Positions 49,641-59,300 of a stretch of 64,000 bases of DNA are shown in pieces (the first letter of the stretch is position 1; the number at the start of each line of letters is the position of its first letter). A program made the translations under genes and the position numbers. The notes below the pieces were generated by a model. The model was not told the DNA's origin. It saw only the letters and a program-made list of their open reading frames with translations, and did no database searches. Source of the stretch: Nitrospinaceae bacterium (lineage in GTDB: Bacteria > Nitrospinota > Nitrospinia > Nitrospinales > Nitrospinaceae); the NCBI GenBank assembly GCA_965223665.1, contig OZ245011.1:3968001-4032000 (forward strand), in the 5' to 3' direction.

Positions 49641-51329
49641 ATGTTTGTCTTTGATCCATTGACGCAAGGATTGGAGTTTTTAGCTCAAAGGGATTTGCAG
49701 AGGGCTGAAAACCTGTTTCTTCGTGTAATTAATGATCCTTACGTTCAAACAGAAGAATTAAATCAAGCTCGAAATTATTTAGATGATATTCGTTCATGCC
49801 AGTCTGGTGTGAAAGAGCTTGACTTTGATCAATATAAAAAACTTTCCAAGAAGAATTCGGTTTCTTTAGAGAAGGTTTTCGATCTATTGACGGAGATTTA
49901 TTTTTCTAAATGTGTATCTTTTGCAGAAATTGATCAAGAAATCTCCCGCCTTACACCTTCCGTTTTCAGCAGACTCAAACAAATAAAAATTAGAGATATT
50001 TTAGCTCGTGATGCCCTATTTAAAAAACTAGAGAAAAATGGGCTTCAACATTTAAAAAAGGAATTAGCAGATAAATCAGAAAATTCCACCATAGATATTT
50101 ATAGATGGAAAACTATTTTTAGAAAATTTGTTGAAAAAATAAATCCTCTTTTGCTCGAAAGACACTTGGAATTGCTGGAATATGTTTTAGAAACTAATAA
50201 TATTAAGATTCTAGAAGATTCAAAGTTGACGGTTCTCACTCCGAAATATAGATGGATAATTGAATCGACTATCAACTCCAAATGGTTTTTGTTGAGGAGT
50301 TATTTTTTTAAGGCAAAATCTGAAATCCAAAATCAATTTAATAAAAAAGATGGTACACGAAAGTACTGGGAAGAAGTTAAGTTTAAAAAAATAAAGATTT
50401 TTGAAAATTGTGGATTTAGCGAGAAACACATTCAAAAGTTTCTTTTTACTGACAAGTTAAACTATAAAACGCTAGAAGAAATTTATGAGTTTAGTAAGGA
50501 AATGGGACTTACTTTAGCGCCTAGAGATGTGAGTCTTGCTTTGCGTGGAGTAGAAAAAGCAAAAGATCATATACGAGAACGCGCCGGTTTTCTAATGGGA
50601 AGTCGGAAAGAATTTCAAGATCAATTGATTAGGTTGGGTTTTTCTAAACAAAACTCTTATACTATTGCGCGTCTTGCCAAAAAAGCCACAAGTTTTCAAA
50701 TAGCAGAATCATTTCAAAAATGTTTGGATATAGCTCGAGATGAAATTTACTGGTATCGAATACCCCCACAACTAGAAGCATTACGTATTGAAATCGAAAA
50801 CCAATGTTGCAAACATCTAAGTACTGTTCGGATCCACTTATTTGATAGAGGTCGCCTGAATAAAACTCTATTGCAAATAGGAAAGGAGTTTATACGAAGA
50901 TATCTAATAAAACTGTATGGAGAAAATGTAGTTAATTTGCATTGCTATTTCAGATTGGAAACAATTCATCAGTATTATAAATTAAAGTATTTTCAGCATC
51001 ATCAAGAAAGCTTTCCAAGTGTTTCCGAATTGATCAAAATCAGTAGAGAAGAATTCCAGCCTATTCTTAAAGAAGCTTACCAGCATTTTATAAAAAAACG
51101 TCGATTAACCATTCCTGACGAATTGTTAAATGAAATTGATAATTACCGATCTCTTACGCAATGGGAGGATGGTTTTACCACAATGGAAGAAAAGATGTTA
51201 CTCCGTTTTTGGTTTTTAATGGATCACAATGTTTCAATTACACAGGGTTTGATTCAAAAAGGTGTGCTAAGGCCAGAAACAGATTTGTGGAAATTTGTAA
51301 AGCCTCAAGAAATCGAATGCAATATTTGA
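49641..51329 (+). CDS. Large basic hypothetical protein (possible single N-terminal TPR)
   Basis: 562-aa ORF; no recognised catalytic motif. Confidence 0.75.
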   Translation: MFVFDPLTQGLEFLAQRDLQRAENLFLRVINDPYVQTEELNQARNYLDDIRSCQSGVKELDFDQYKKLSKKNSVSLEKVFDLLTEIYFSKCVSFAEIDQEISRLTPSVFSRLKQIKIRDILARDALFKKLEKNGLQHLKKELADKSENSTIDIYRWKTIFRKFVEKINPLLLERHLELLEYVLETNNIKILEDSKLTVLTPKYRWIIESTINSKWFLLRSYFFKAKSEIQNQFNKKDGTRKYWEEVKFKKIKIFENCGFSEKHIQKFLFTDKLNYKTLEEIYEFSKEMGLTLAPRDVSLALRGVEKAKDHIRERAGFLMGSRKEFQDQLIRLGFSKQNSYTIARLAKKATSFQIAESFQKCLDIARDEIYWYRIPPQLEALRIEIENQCCKHLSTVRIHLFDRGRLNKTLLQIGKEFIRRYLIKLYGENVVNLHCYFRLETIHQYYKLKYFQHHQESFPSVSELIKISREEFQPILKEAYQHFIKKRRLTIPDELLNEIDNYRSLTQWEDGFTTMEEKMLLRFWFLMDHNVSITQGLIQKGVLRPETDLWKFVKPQEIECNI

Positions 51330-53032
51330 TTCAGGCGGGTTTGCATGTCTTTTAATGGCATCAGATCCCCTTTTTTTGAAGCAGCGGCAATTCCTTTTTC
51401 ATAAATTTCTTTTGCTTCTGCATTTCTTTCCAGTTTCTCTAAAGTTTTCCCGAGAGTTAAATAGGCGGCAGAATAATCCGGGAAATGTTCTACCACTCTT
51501 TGTAAAGGAGAAAGGGCTTCATTGAATTTTTTTTGTTCAAAAAATATGGATCCTAAGCCAAAATTTGCCACTTGATCATTTGGGTCGATTTCTAATACCT
51601 GTTGGAACATCCCAATTTGGCGAATTCTTTCTTCTTCTTCCTGCTTGCTACGCTCTCTTTGAGCTTTTTCAATTTGACTTTGCTCAACCATTTTTTCAAA
51701 TTGAATAGCCGTTGCTTCGGCTTTCTCAGTTTCTGCCTCTTCTATTCTTCCTTGCTGCATGTAGTAAATGGAGAGGTTGGTGTGGGCCATTATTTCCTGT
51801 GGATCGATTTCCGCAAGTCTTTTCATTAACGCAATAGCTTCGTCCAATTTGTTTTGCTTGGAGAGCATTACCCCTAGAGCTTCATAGCCTGGAGCATATT
51901 TAGGATCCAACATGATAGCATCACGTAGAAGGGCTATAGGTTTTTCCAGATCTTCCTCCTCTTTATATAAAGTTAATGCTTCTTTATGAAGGATTTTCGC
52001 TCTGTCAGTTCTAGAAGTAGGTTGATAAAAGGGAAGGAGAGCTGTTTTGATCTGATGCTTTTCACCATTGACAGTAACTTTGTATTCTTGGTTAGGACTT
52101 CTAAAATCTTTTTGTACATAGGCTAAACTTATAATTTTATTTAAGTCGGGAGAAAAACAGGAACTTTGAACTGTACCGAGTTTTTTGTTGAACATTTTTA
52201 TTTCTGAACCCATGGAAGGGTAAAAATCCGATTCCCAAATCAATCCCATTAAAGCAAAGGCAGGGGATCCATAAGTTTTGATCCGTGCGATGACTTCTTG
52301 TCCTATATAGCATCCTTTATGGTAGCTTACGGAATTATGTTCCAGCCCTGTTTCAGGAAGGATTTTGGTATTATCCATATCTTTTCCGAAAACGGGTAAG
52401 CCGGCTTCAATTCTTAATATTTCTTGGGTTTCTAAATTGACGGGTAAAATTCCCTGTTCTTTACCAACTTCTTGGATCTTCTCAATTAATGAACTTTTTA
52501 TTTGCTCAGGAAATATAAGAATATAACCTTCATCTCCAGTTAAACTCTTACAAATGATATAAACCTCTTGAGAGCAAATAGTTTCTATTTTGAATTCATT
52601 AGGTTTTAGAAGAGAGGATTGGGCGCCTCCGGTCAACTTTTCAATTATTACAGGGCTGTTAGGTCCTTGAATGGCTATTAATGAATTATGTTGGGATTGA
52701 GTAAGAAATTCGATTTCTTCCCGAAAATGATAATTTTCAAGGGATTGAATAAACGTTTCTGTTTGTGATTTTTCGAGGAGAATCAATGCTGAGGTATCTG
52801 ATTCTTTATAGATCGAAAAATTGCATAATAGTTTTGCCTTGCGATCTACGATAGCGTTGTTTTGTCCATTGCCGATATTTAGTTTTAAGACATCATTGGT
52901 GGTTTGGCTTTGTAGAAAAGAAAAAGTATCTTTTCCTCTTGCTTTTACCAAACCCCAGTGGTCAAGGAGAAAATATCCACAGCTTTGCCGGACTTGCTTG
53001 TATTCTAAAAAATCTTCAGAAATGTTTTCCAT
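51305..53032 (-). CDS. ygfZ: YgfZ/GcvT folate-binding Fe-S maturation protein fused to C-terminal TPRs
   Basis: GKDTFSFLQSQTTND, IQGP, LRIEAG, KGCYIGQEVIARI signature; TPR region in the last about 230 aa. Confidence 0.9.
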   Translation of the reverse strand: MENISEDFLEYKQVRQSCGYFLLDHWGLVKARGKDTFSFLQSQTTNDVLKLNIGNGQNNAIVDRKAKLLCNFSIYKESDTSALILLEKSQTETFIQSLENYHFREEIEFLTQSQHNSLIAIQGPNSPVIIEKLTGGAQSSLLKPNEFKIETICSQEVYIICKSLTGDEGYILIFPEQIKSSLIEKIQEVGKEQGILPVNLETQEILRIEAGLPVFGKDMDNTKILPETGLEHNSVSYHKGCYIGQEVIARIKTYGSPAFALMGLIWESDFYPSMGSEIKMFNKKLGTVQSSCFSPDLNKIISLAYVQKDFRSPNQEYKVTVNGEKHQIKTALLPFYQPTSRTDRAKILHKEALTLYKEEEDLEKPIALLRDAIMLDPKYAPGYEALGVMLSKQNKLDEAIALMKRLAEIDPQEIMAHTNLSIYYMQQGRIEEAETEKAEATAIQFEKMVEQSQIEKAQRERSKQEEEERIRQIGMFQQVLEIDPNDQVANFGLGSIFFEQKKFNEALSPLQRVVEHFPDYSAAYLTLGKTLEKLERNAEAKEIYEKGIAAASKKGDLMPLKDMQTRLNQILHSIS

Positions 53033-53108
53033 ATTTATAGACTTAGGAGAGGTCGTTAATTAGGTGGCTAATATTAAAATAATAACCGGTTAATTTCTTC
53101 CAAAACCG

Positions 53109-53140
53109 AAAAAAGCGCAACGGAATTAACCGGTGCGCTT
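53109..53140 (-). terminator. Intrinsic terminator after the iscA-type gene
   Basis: Minus strand aagcgcaccg...cgttgcgctttttt. Confidence 0.7.
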
Positions 53141-53169
53141 ACCTTTAAGATATAAATATTTTTAATTTT

Positions 53170-53511
53170 TTACGTTAAGGAAAAAGACTCACCACATCCA
53201 CAGGTAGATTTTGCATTTGGATTGACAAAAACAAATCCCTTACCTTGCAAACCACCTTGATAATCCAGTTGCATTCCTTTTAAATAGATTAAGCTTTTAG
53301 GGTCCATAAACACTTGGAATCCCTCTTGCTCGACTACGGTGTCACCTTCTTCTTTTGTGGTGAATCCCAAATCATAAGATAATCCCGAACATCCACCACC
53401 TTTTACCCCTAAACGCAAACCAATTCCAGGTTTATTCTCCGCGGCAACTAACTTTTTAACTTCCTCTGCAGCAACCGGAGTTATGCTGACAAAATTAGCG
53501 GTTTTTTCCAT
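53170..53511 (-). CDS. iscA: A-type Fe-S carrier (HesB/IscA/ErpA family)
   Basis: GVKGGGCSGLSY, NPNAKSTCGCGESF; AGGAG RBS before ATG 53511. Confidence 0.92.
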   Translation of the reverse strand: MEKTANFVSITPVAAEEVKKLVAAENKPGIGLRLGVKGGGCSGLSYDLGFTTKEEGDTVVEQEGFQVFMDPKSLIYLKGMQLDYQGGLQGKGFVFVNPNAKSTCGCGESFSLT

Positions 53512-53796
53512 ATTTTTATTTCTCCTGAGAAAAACTAAGGATTCAGTCAATTTAGACTCAAATTGTAACAATCCGTTTCATAATTATACTAGATTTTTTA
53601 GGAAACGGTCAAACCAGGTGATACCAAATTCTTTGGGCATAAAATCTTAAGCTTTTGAAAATTAAAGGGTTAAAAAACGGTTGCCCCATAATTGATTATG
53701 TTATAGTCTTCCTTCTCAAAAAAATAAAACTTTTTTATTGGGTTTGAATCCAATAACTTATTGGTTCGTAAGATTTTGAATTGAAGGGAAAAATTA

Positions 53797-54027
53797 ATGA
53801 TCCGTATTCCAGACCTAATTCAGTTGATAAAAGACAAAATTGCTGATGCCGAAGTTAATGTAATGGATAAAACAGGAATGAGCGACCATTTTGTAATTCA
53901 TGTTGTTTCTAAAGAATTTGATGGTAAAAATATTATGGAGCGTCACCGAATGGTCCAATCTTGCTTAACGGATGCAATGAATGATGGTAGAGTGCATGCC
54001 GCTGAAATCAAAACGGATGTTCCTTGA
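53797..54027 (+). CDS. bolA: BolA/IbaG family protein
   Basis: DHFVIHVVSKEFDGK..RHRMV...VHAAEIKT. Confidence 0.9.
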   Translation: MIRIPDLIQLIKDKIADAEVNVMDKTGMSDHFVIHVVSKEFDGKNIMERHRMVQSCLTDAMNDGRVHAAEIKTDVP

Positions 54028-54090
54028 TTTTCTTTCAAACTATATAAAATAATACAATACTATTAACCTTTTGGGATTTAGGAGAGTTTC

Positions 54091-54414
54091 ATGTCCTCGC
54101 TCGAAGATGAAATTAAAAGTGAAATTGCTGAAAATAAAATATTAATTTATGGAAAAGGCACGAAGGAAGCCCCTCAATGCGGATTCACAGTGGAAACAAT
54201 TCAGTTTTTTTCCAAATATGGATATCCTTTTGAGGTGATTAATGTACTTCCAAATATGGAAAAACGTGAAGCATTAAACAAAATGACCAATTGGCCTACT
54301 TTGCCCAAGGTTTTTATCGATGGTAAGTTTTACGGCGATACAGATATTTTAGATGAGATGGAAACCAAAGGGGAAGTGGAACCTTTATTAAAAACGGCAT
54401 TTGGTGATTCCTAG
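54091..54414 (+). CDS. grxD: Monothiol glutaredoxin (Grx4/GrxD family, CGFT variant)
   Basis: KGTKEAPQCGFT, NWPTLPKVFIDGKFYGDTDI. Confidence 0.88.
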   Translation: MSSLEDEIKSEIAENKILIYGKGTKEAPQCGFTVETIQFFSKYGYPFEVINVLPNMEKREALNKMTNWPTLPKVFIDGKFYGDTDILDEMETKGEVEPLLKTAFGDS

Positions 54415-54450
54415 TCGTGACTATTAACTGAATTACTCGGGGGGAGTAAA

Positions 54451-54975
54451 ATGGGGCAAAAATTAGAAGTGGGTGATCGCGCCCCAAATTTTGAATTACC
54501 AGCTGTCTATGGTTATAAGGCGGGTGCAACAAGCCCTTCCGCAGAGGAAGGGGTCACCGTTAAATTAAAGGAATTTGAAGACAAAAAATGGGTGATCCTT
54601 GCATTTTATGTTTTCGATGCCAGCCCTGAGGATACCCGTGCCATGGTATGTTTCAATGAATGGAACCGAAAGTTCAGGACCAAAGAAGTCGAACTTTTTG
54701 GAATAAGTTGGAATGGGGTTCAATCCCATCGGCAGTTTATTGAGATCTATCAACTGGGTTTTACCCTGCTTGCGGATGAACATAAAAAAGTGACCGATCT
54801 ATATGGGGTTACTGAAGAAGTGGATGACTTGGGACAAATGGTAAAACGTATTCATAGGTCGACTTTTGCGATTGATAAGACAGGTATGATCCGAGGTATT
54901 TGGAATAACATTGAGGATCTTCGAGAACACCCAAAAGAAGTTTGGGAATTCATCCAAAAAGAAAAAGGAGTGTAA
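54451..54975 (+). CDS. BCP/PrxQ-like peroxiredoxin-fold protein lacking the peroxidatic Cys
   Basis: VGDRAPNFELP, VILAFYVFDASPEDT, FGIS, LLADE, RSTFAIDKTG. Confidence 0.8.
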   Translation: MGQKLEVGDRAPNFELPAVYGYKAGATSPSAEEGVTVKLKEFEDKKWVILAFYVFDASPEDTRAMVCFNEWNRKFRTKEVELFGISWNGVQSHRQFIEIYQLGFTLLADEHKKVTDLYGVTEEVDDLGQMVKRIHRSTFAIDKTGMIRGIWNNIEDLREHPKEVWEFIQKEKGV

Positions 54976-55099
54976 TTCCCTATTACAGGTTACTAATTTC
55001 CTTCCTGAATTGTATTTTTCAATTCACTTATACTTTCTAATCCAATTCAATAATTATTCTTCTTATTGAACTCACTGTTTTTAAAATCCCAATTTTCAG

Positions 55100-55129
55100 T
55101 TGACAAATCTTTCGAAGAAGCAATATTGT
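55100..55129 (+). promoter_or_regulatory. Putative sigma70 promoter of the S8 protease gene
   Basis: TTGACA-18 nt-TATTGT. Confidence 0.4.
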
Positions 55130-55207
55130 GTATTACTTATTCGAAAATAAAATAATAATTCCAGGAAATTCTTGTCAATCCTTGATCCTTGATTAGAGGG
55201 GCAGATA

Positions 55208-57691
55208 ATGGCTAAAAAAAATGAGGTTTATACCTACCGAAGTGGAAAGAAACTAAAGCTAAAAAAGAGAGTGGATCAATTTGTGGTTCGCCTTTTACCC
55301 GGAGAATTAGTTAATAGTAAATTGTCTGATGCAGAGCAAATGTCCTCTGCCTCCTCGCGCGTAACTTGCTCAAAAAAAGAGTTGGAAACCCTCATGAAGT
55401 CCTCGAGAAAAATGGCGCCCACTCACCATGCTTATGAAGATCCTGAAACTGGGGAAGAATTTTTAATCACAGATAGGGTAATAGTAACTTTTAAAAAACC
55501 GATGTCGGATGAAGAAATAGGAATTTTTGCGGGAAAGTATGCACTAGAAATAGGACGAAAATATTCTGATACTCAGTACCTTTTTCGTTTGACTGATGAA
55601 ACAGGTATGAACCCGCTTAAATTAGTGGTTCTTTTGACAGAGAAAGATAAAAGTATTGAATTAGCAGAAAATGATTTGAATATTAGGGCGTCTCGGTATT
55701 TTAATTTGCCAACAGACTCAGCTTATTTACGCCAATGGCATCTTCATACGCATAGCCAAAGCTCTGAGTTTGATTCTAGATCCTCATCACGGGTAGAGCA
55801 GGCTTGGCAATTTTTGCAAAGTTTTGGAGACAAAGAAACTGTAGTGGCATTTGCCGATGATGGTTGTCGAATGGACCACGAAGACTTTGACTCTGAGGGC
55901 AAATTTGCCGGTTGGGGTTATTTTCAAGGAATTAACTTAATACGGCATGGTGAGGCGGGAGCTTTGTTAGATCGCATGTATGAGTTTGGCCAGGATCATG
56001 GAACGGCTTGTGGAGGAGTCATTGGGGCTGAAGTCGATGGTATGATGACCGTAGGTGCAGCCCCTCATTGCAAGCTTCTTCCAATTAAATGGGAATCAGA
56101 TTCCCATTTTTTGTTCATAAGTGATAGTAAGCTTTTGGAAGCATTAGATTATATTTCAGATAAAGCAGATATCTTTTCAAATTCTTGGGGTTTTGCTCCC
56201 ACTAAAATATATTCATCTCTTGTAATAAATAAAATTAAAGAACTCTCTCAATCCGGTGGACGTCGAGGTAAAGGAATTATTTTTTTATGGGCCGCAGGAA
56301 ATGAGAATTCTCCCATTGATTATTTTGCTGGTCAAGATATTCCCTACACCTCGGGCTGGAAAAATGGGAGTTGGATTGGAGTTAAAACTTCCCGTCGTTT
56401 TGAAAACAATTTATCCGATTTGCCTGGTGTTTTATTTGTGGCTTCAATTTCCAGTAATGCAAAAAGAAGTCACTATTCTAATTATGGAAAAGGGATTGAT
56501 CTATGCGCTCCTTCAAATAACATTCATAAATATCATAGGATTCCGGTAGAAGGATTGGGGATTACTACAACATCAGGTCGTTTTGCTAATGTTAGGGATA
56601 ACTTTGGAGGTACATCGAGCGCGACTCCGTTAGTGGCGGGGATAGCGGCTCTGGTAATCTCCGCTAATCCTCAATTATCCGCTTCAGAAGTAATTTCTAT
56701 TCTGAAAAAAACGGCTTCCAAGGATTTGAATATGGAAGGATATCCTATTACTCCCTCAGCAAGTTATGATCCTAATCCAAAAAAATGGGATGTATCACCA
56801 GTAGCCCCATTTGATAATGGAGATTTTTTAGAAAAAGGATTTGAGGAGGGGACGTGGAGTCCTTGGTTCGGACATGGAAAGGTCGATGCATTTGCTGCTG
56901 TCAAAGAATCAAAAAAGAGATCAGGTGAAACGGGTCAAAAAGTAAAAGTTGAGCAAATAGCAAATTTGGAAATACCGGATAATGATCCTGGTGGAATTGT
57001 GGGCCGAATATTTATCAATGATCAAGGAAAAATCAGTGATCTAAAAGTATTGGTTGAAATATCCCATACTTATATAGGAGATTTAATTATTACCCTTTTA
57101 AGTCCAAATGGCCATCGGGTTGTGTTGCATAATAGGGATGGTGGATCGGCTCATGATTTATTTAAAAACTTTTCAGATGCGAATATTCCGCTATTATCAG
57201 AGATTAAGGGAGAAGAAATCCGAGGTCCATGGACTTTAGAGGTATCAGATAACGCAGCGGTAGATAGAGGGGTACTGAAACGCTGGGGTTTGGAAGCAGA
57301 GATTATTTCCGAAGTGAGTCCCATCCGTATGGAGTCTTCACCGGGAATAAAGATTCCGGATAATGATCCTTCTGGCATTGAAGATACTATTACCGTTCCT
57401 GATTCTCGACTAGTTTCGGATATAAGTGTTGAAGTTGATATCACCCATACCTGGATTGGAGATTTAAAAATTTCTCTACTTCATTTTAATGGGGACACAA
57501 GCGAGGTAATTTTGCATGGCCGAGAAGGTCGTGATGCCCACGATATTCAAGCAACCTACAAAATCTCGGATGAACCTGAACTCCAAAAATTTATCGGGCG
57601 TGGCGCGAATGGGGATTGGAAATTAAAAGTGAGTGATAATGCAGGGCAAGACATTGGAAAGTTAAATCGATGGGCCTTAAACATTAAATAA
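55208..57691 (+). CDS. S8 subtilisin/kexin-like protease with two proprotein-convertase P domains
   Basis: FADDG (Asp), DHGTACGG (His), AAGN, GGTSSATP (Ser); duplicated IPDNDP...HT(Y/W)IGDL...GxWxLxVSDNA. Confidence 0.92.
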   Translation: MAKKNEVYTYRSGKKLKLKKRVDQFVVRLLPGELVNSKLSDAEQMSSASSRVTCSKKELETLMKSSRKMAPTHHAYEDPETGEEFLITDRVIVTFKKPMSDEEIGIFAGKYALEIGRKYSDTQYLFRLTDETGMNPLKLVVLLTEKDKSIELAENDLNIRASRYFNLPTDSAYLRQWHLHTHSQSSEFDSRSSSRVEQAWQFLQSFGDKETVVAFADDGCRMDHEDFDSEGKFAGWGYFQGINLIRHGEAGALLDRMYEFGQDHGTACGGVIGAEVDGMMTVGAAPHCKLLPIKWESDSHFLFISDSKLLEALDYISDKADIFSNSWGFAPTKIYSSLVINKIKELSQSGGRRGKGIIFLWAAGNENSPIDYFAGQDIPYTSGWKNGSWIGVKTSRRFENNLSDLPGVLFVASISSNAKRSHYSNYGKGIDLCAPSNNIHKYHRIPVEGLGITTTSGRFANVRDNFGGTSSATPLVAGIAALVISANPQLSASEVISILKKTASKDLNMEGYPITPSASYDPNPKKWDVSPVAPFDNGDFLEKGFEEGTWSPWFGHGKVDAFAAVKESKKRSGETGQKVKVEQIANLEIPDNDPGGIVGRIFINDQGKISDLKVLVEISHTYIGDLIITLLSPNGHRVVLHNRDGGSAHDLFKNFSDANIPLLSEIKGEEIRGPWTLEVSDNAAVDRGVLKRWGLEAEIISEVSPIRMESSPGIKIPDNDPSGIEDTITVPDSRLVSDISVEVDITHTWIGDLKISLLHFNGDTSEVILHGREGRDAHDIQATYKISDEPELQKFIGRGANGDWKLKVSDNAGQDIGKLNRWALNIK

Positions 57692-57701
57692 GAAAATTAG
57701 G

Positions 57702-58445
57702 CTAATCTGCTTCACTGCTAATAGGTTCAAATTTCCATTTAGTATAGTTATTGCAGATTGTTTGTCTAAGAGATGTTAAAATTTCTTCTTCTTTTCTGGA
57801 GGAAATTTCTTCCACTTCAATGGGGGGAGAAACAATAATACGAATTGGCCCCGGGTAAAACTTCGCGCTTCCTTTTTTAATAAGGTTGCCGGTTCCAATA
57901 ACTGTCACTGGAATCATTGGAGCTTTGGCCCGGGTAGCCAGTAGATGCCCTCCTTTTTTAAACGGACCAATCAATCCGTTTTCAGACCTGGTTCCTTCTG
58001 GAAAAATAACAATCGAATTTCCTTGTTTAAGTTTTTCAATCGAGGATAGAAAAGCTTCATAAGCTTGTTTTTTATTTTCCCTGTTTACAGGTACATAACC
58101 ACAAGCAGACATAGACCAGCCTACAAAAGGTATTTTAAATAAACTTTTTTTAGCAAACCAGCGAATCTGAACTGGAAGGTAACCTGAAAGACTAAAGATA
58201 TCAAAATAACCCTGGTGGTTTGCGACGAAAACCTGAGCTCGATTTTGTTGAACATTTTCCATTCCATGGATATCAACATTTATACCATTCCAATTGCAAA
58301 TGAGTCTTCCCCATAACCTTGCAATGTTATGAGAAGTGTTCCCCGAAGGATCAATGATGCGAGCTAATATCGAAAATGTTCCAAGAATAATTGAAAGCAA
58401 AGTGATGATTAACCAAAATCTAAGAGTATGGTAAAGTGACAGCAT
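57702..58445 (-). CDS. plsC: 1-acyl-sn-glycerol-3-phosphate acyltransferase
   Basis: NHQGYFD, AKKSLF, FPEGTRS, FKKG. Confidence 0.92.
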   Translation of the reverse strand: MLSLYHTLRFWLIITLLSIILGTFSILARIIDPSGNTSHNIARLWGRLICNWNGINVDIHGMENVQQNRAQVFVANHQGYFDIFSLSGYLPVQIRWFAKKSLFKIPFVGWSMSACGYVPVNRENKKQAYEAFLSSIEKLKQGNSIVIFPEGTRSENGLIGPFKKGGHLLATRAKAPMIPVTVIGTGNLIKKGSAKFYPGPIRIIVSPPIEVEEISSRKEEEILTSLRQTICNNYTKWKFEPISSEAD

Positions 58446-58472
58446 GGAATTTATGTGGAAGAATAAATTATT

Positions 58473-59276
58473 ATGTTGAATGAAATATCAAAATGCTTCT
58501 TTGGATTAGGAATCATAGGATTTATTCTAACAATTTATTTCAAGGATGCTTGTGCGTGGGGCTCTGCAGGACATCGGATTGTTGCAAATATTGCGGAGTT
58601 AAACCTTGAACCAAAAGTAATTTCCAAAATACGCCGTGAGTTTAACATAAAACATCTCTCAAATGTGGCGGTTTGGGCGGATGATAAGAAAATAAAACGA
58701 GCACGTCCAATCGTTTTACATTATACCAATATTGCGGAATCTCAACGGATTTATAATCAACCAAGAGATTGTCCCGAAAAAAACTGTGTTACAGAAAAGA
58801 TAAAAGATTTTATATCTGTTTTAGAAAATAAAACATTCCCTTGGATAAAACGGTTTAAGGCTTTAAAATTTTTAGTGCATTTGGTGGCGGATGTTCACCA
58901 ACCGATGCATTTAGGGAATGCTGAGGACCGAGGTGGGAATGAGATAAAATTAAATATGGGTGAAGAATCTATAAATCTTCATGCGCTCTGGGATCATTTC
59001 CTATTGCCGACTCATAATAATAAATTGAGGGATTTGGCTAGAAAATTAAACAATGAAATTGGCCAAAACCAAAAAGAAGATTGGAGTCAGAGCACTGTTG
59101 TAGACTGGACTAATGAATCGCGAGAGTTGGTACTTGATTTTGCTTACCAAGTAAAATTTAATTCTCAAAGAACTTTAAGTGATGAATATATTAAACAAGG
59201 GCGGAAAATTGTGAAACACCAGTTAAGTAAAGCAGGAATTAGACTCTCACATACTTTGAATCAGATAATTAAGTGA
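58473..59276 (+). CDS. Exported S1/P1 nuclease
   Basis: Mature N-terminus WGSAGH, WAD, HLVADVHQPMH, DRGGN, NLHALWD, AGIRL. Confidence 0.92.
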   Translation: MLNEISKCFFGLGIIGFILTIYFKDACAWGSAGHRIVANIAELNLEPKVISKIRREFNIKHLSNVAVWADDKKIKRARPIVLHYTNIAESQRIYNQPRDCPEKNCVTEKIKDFISVLENKTFPWIKRFKALKFLVHLVADVHQPMHLGNAEDRGGNEIKLNMGEESINLHALWDHFLLPTHNNKLRDLARKLNNEIGQNQKEDWSQSTVVDWTNESRELVLDFAYQVKFNSQRTLSDEYIKQGRKIVKHQLSKAGIRLSHTLNQIIK

Positions 59277-59300
59277 CTTAAATTTATAGGGAGGTTTATT

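Noticed and set aside
54620-54640. Selenocysteine at the Prx-like active site
   Set aside because: The codons are cct gag gat (P-E-D); the tga present is out of frame.
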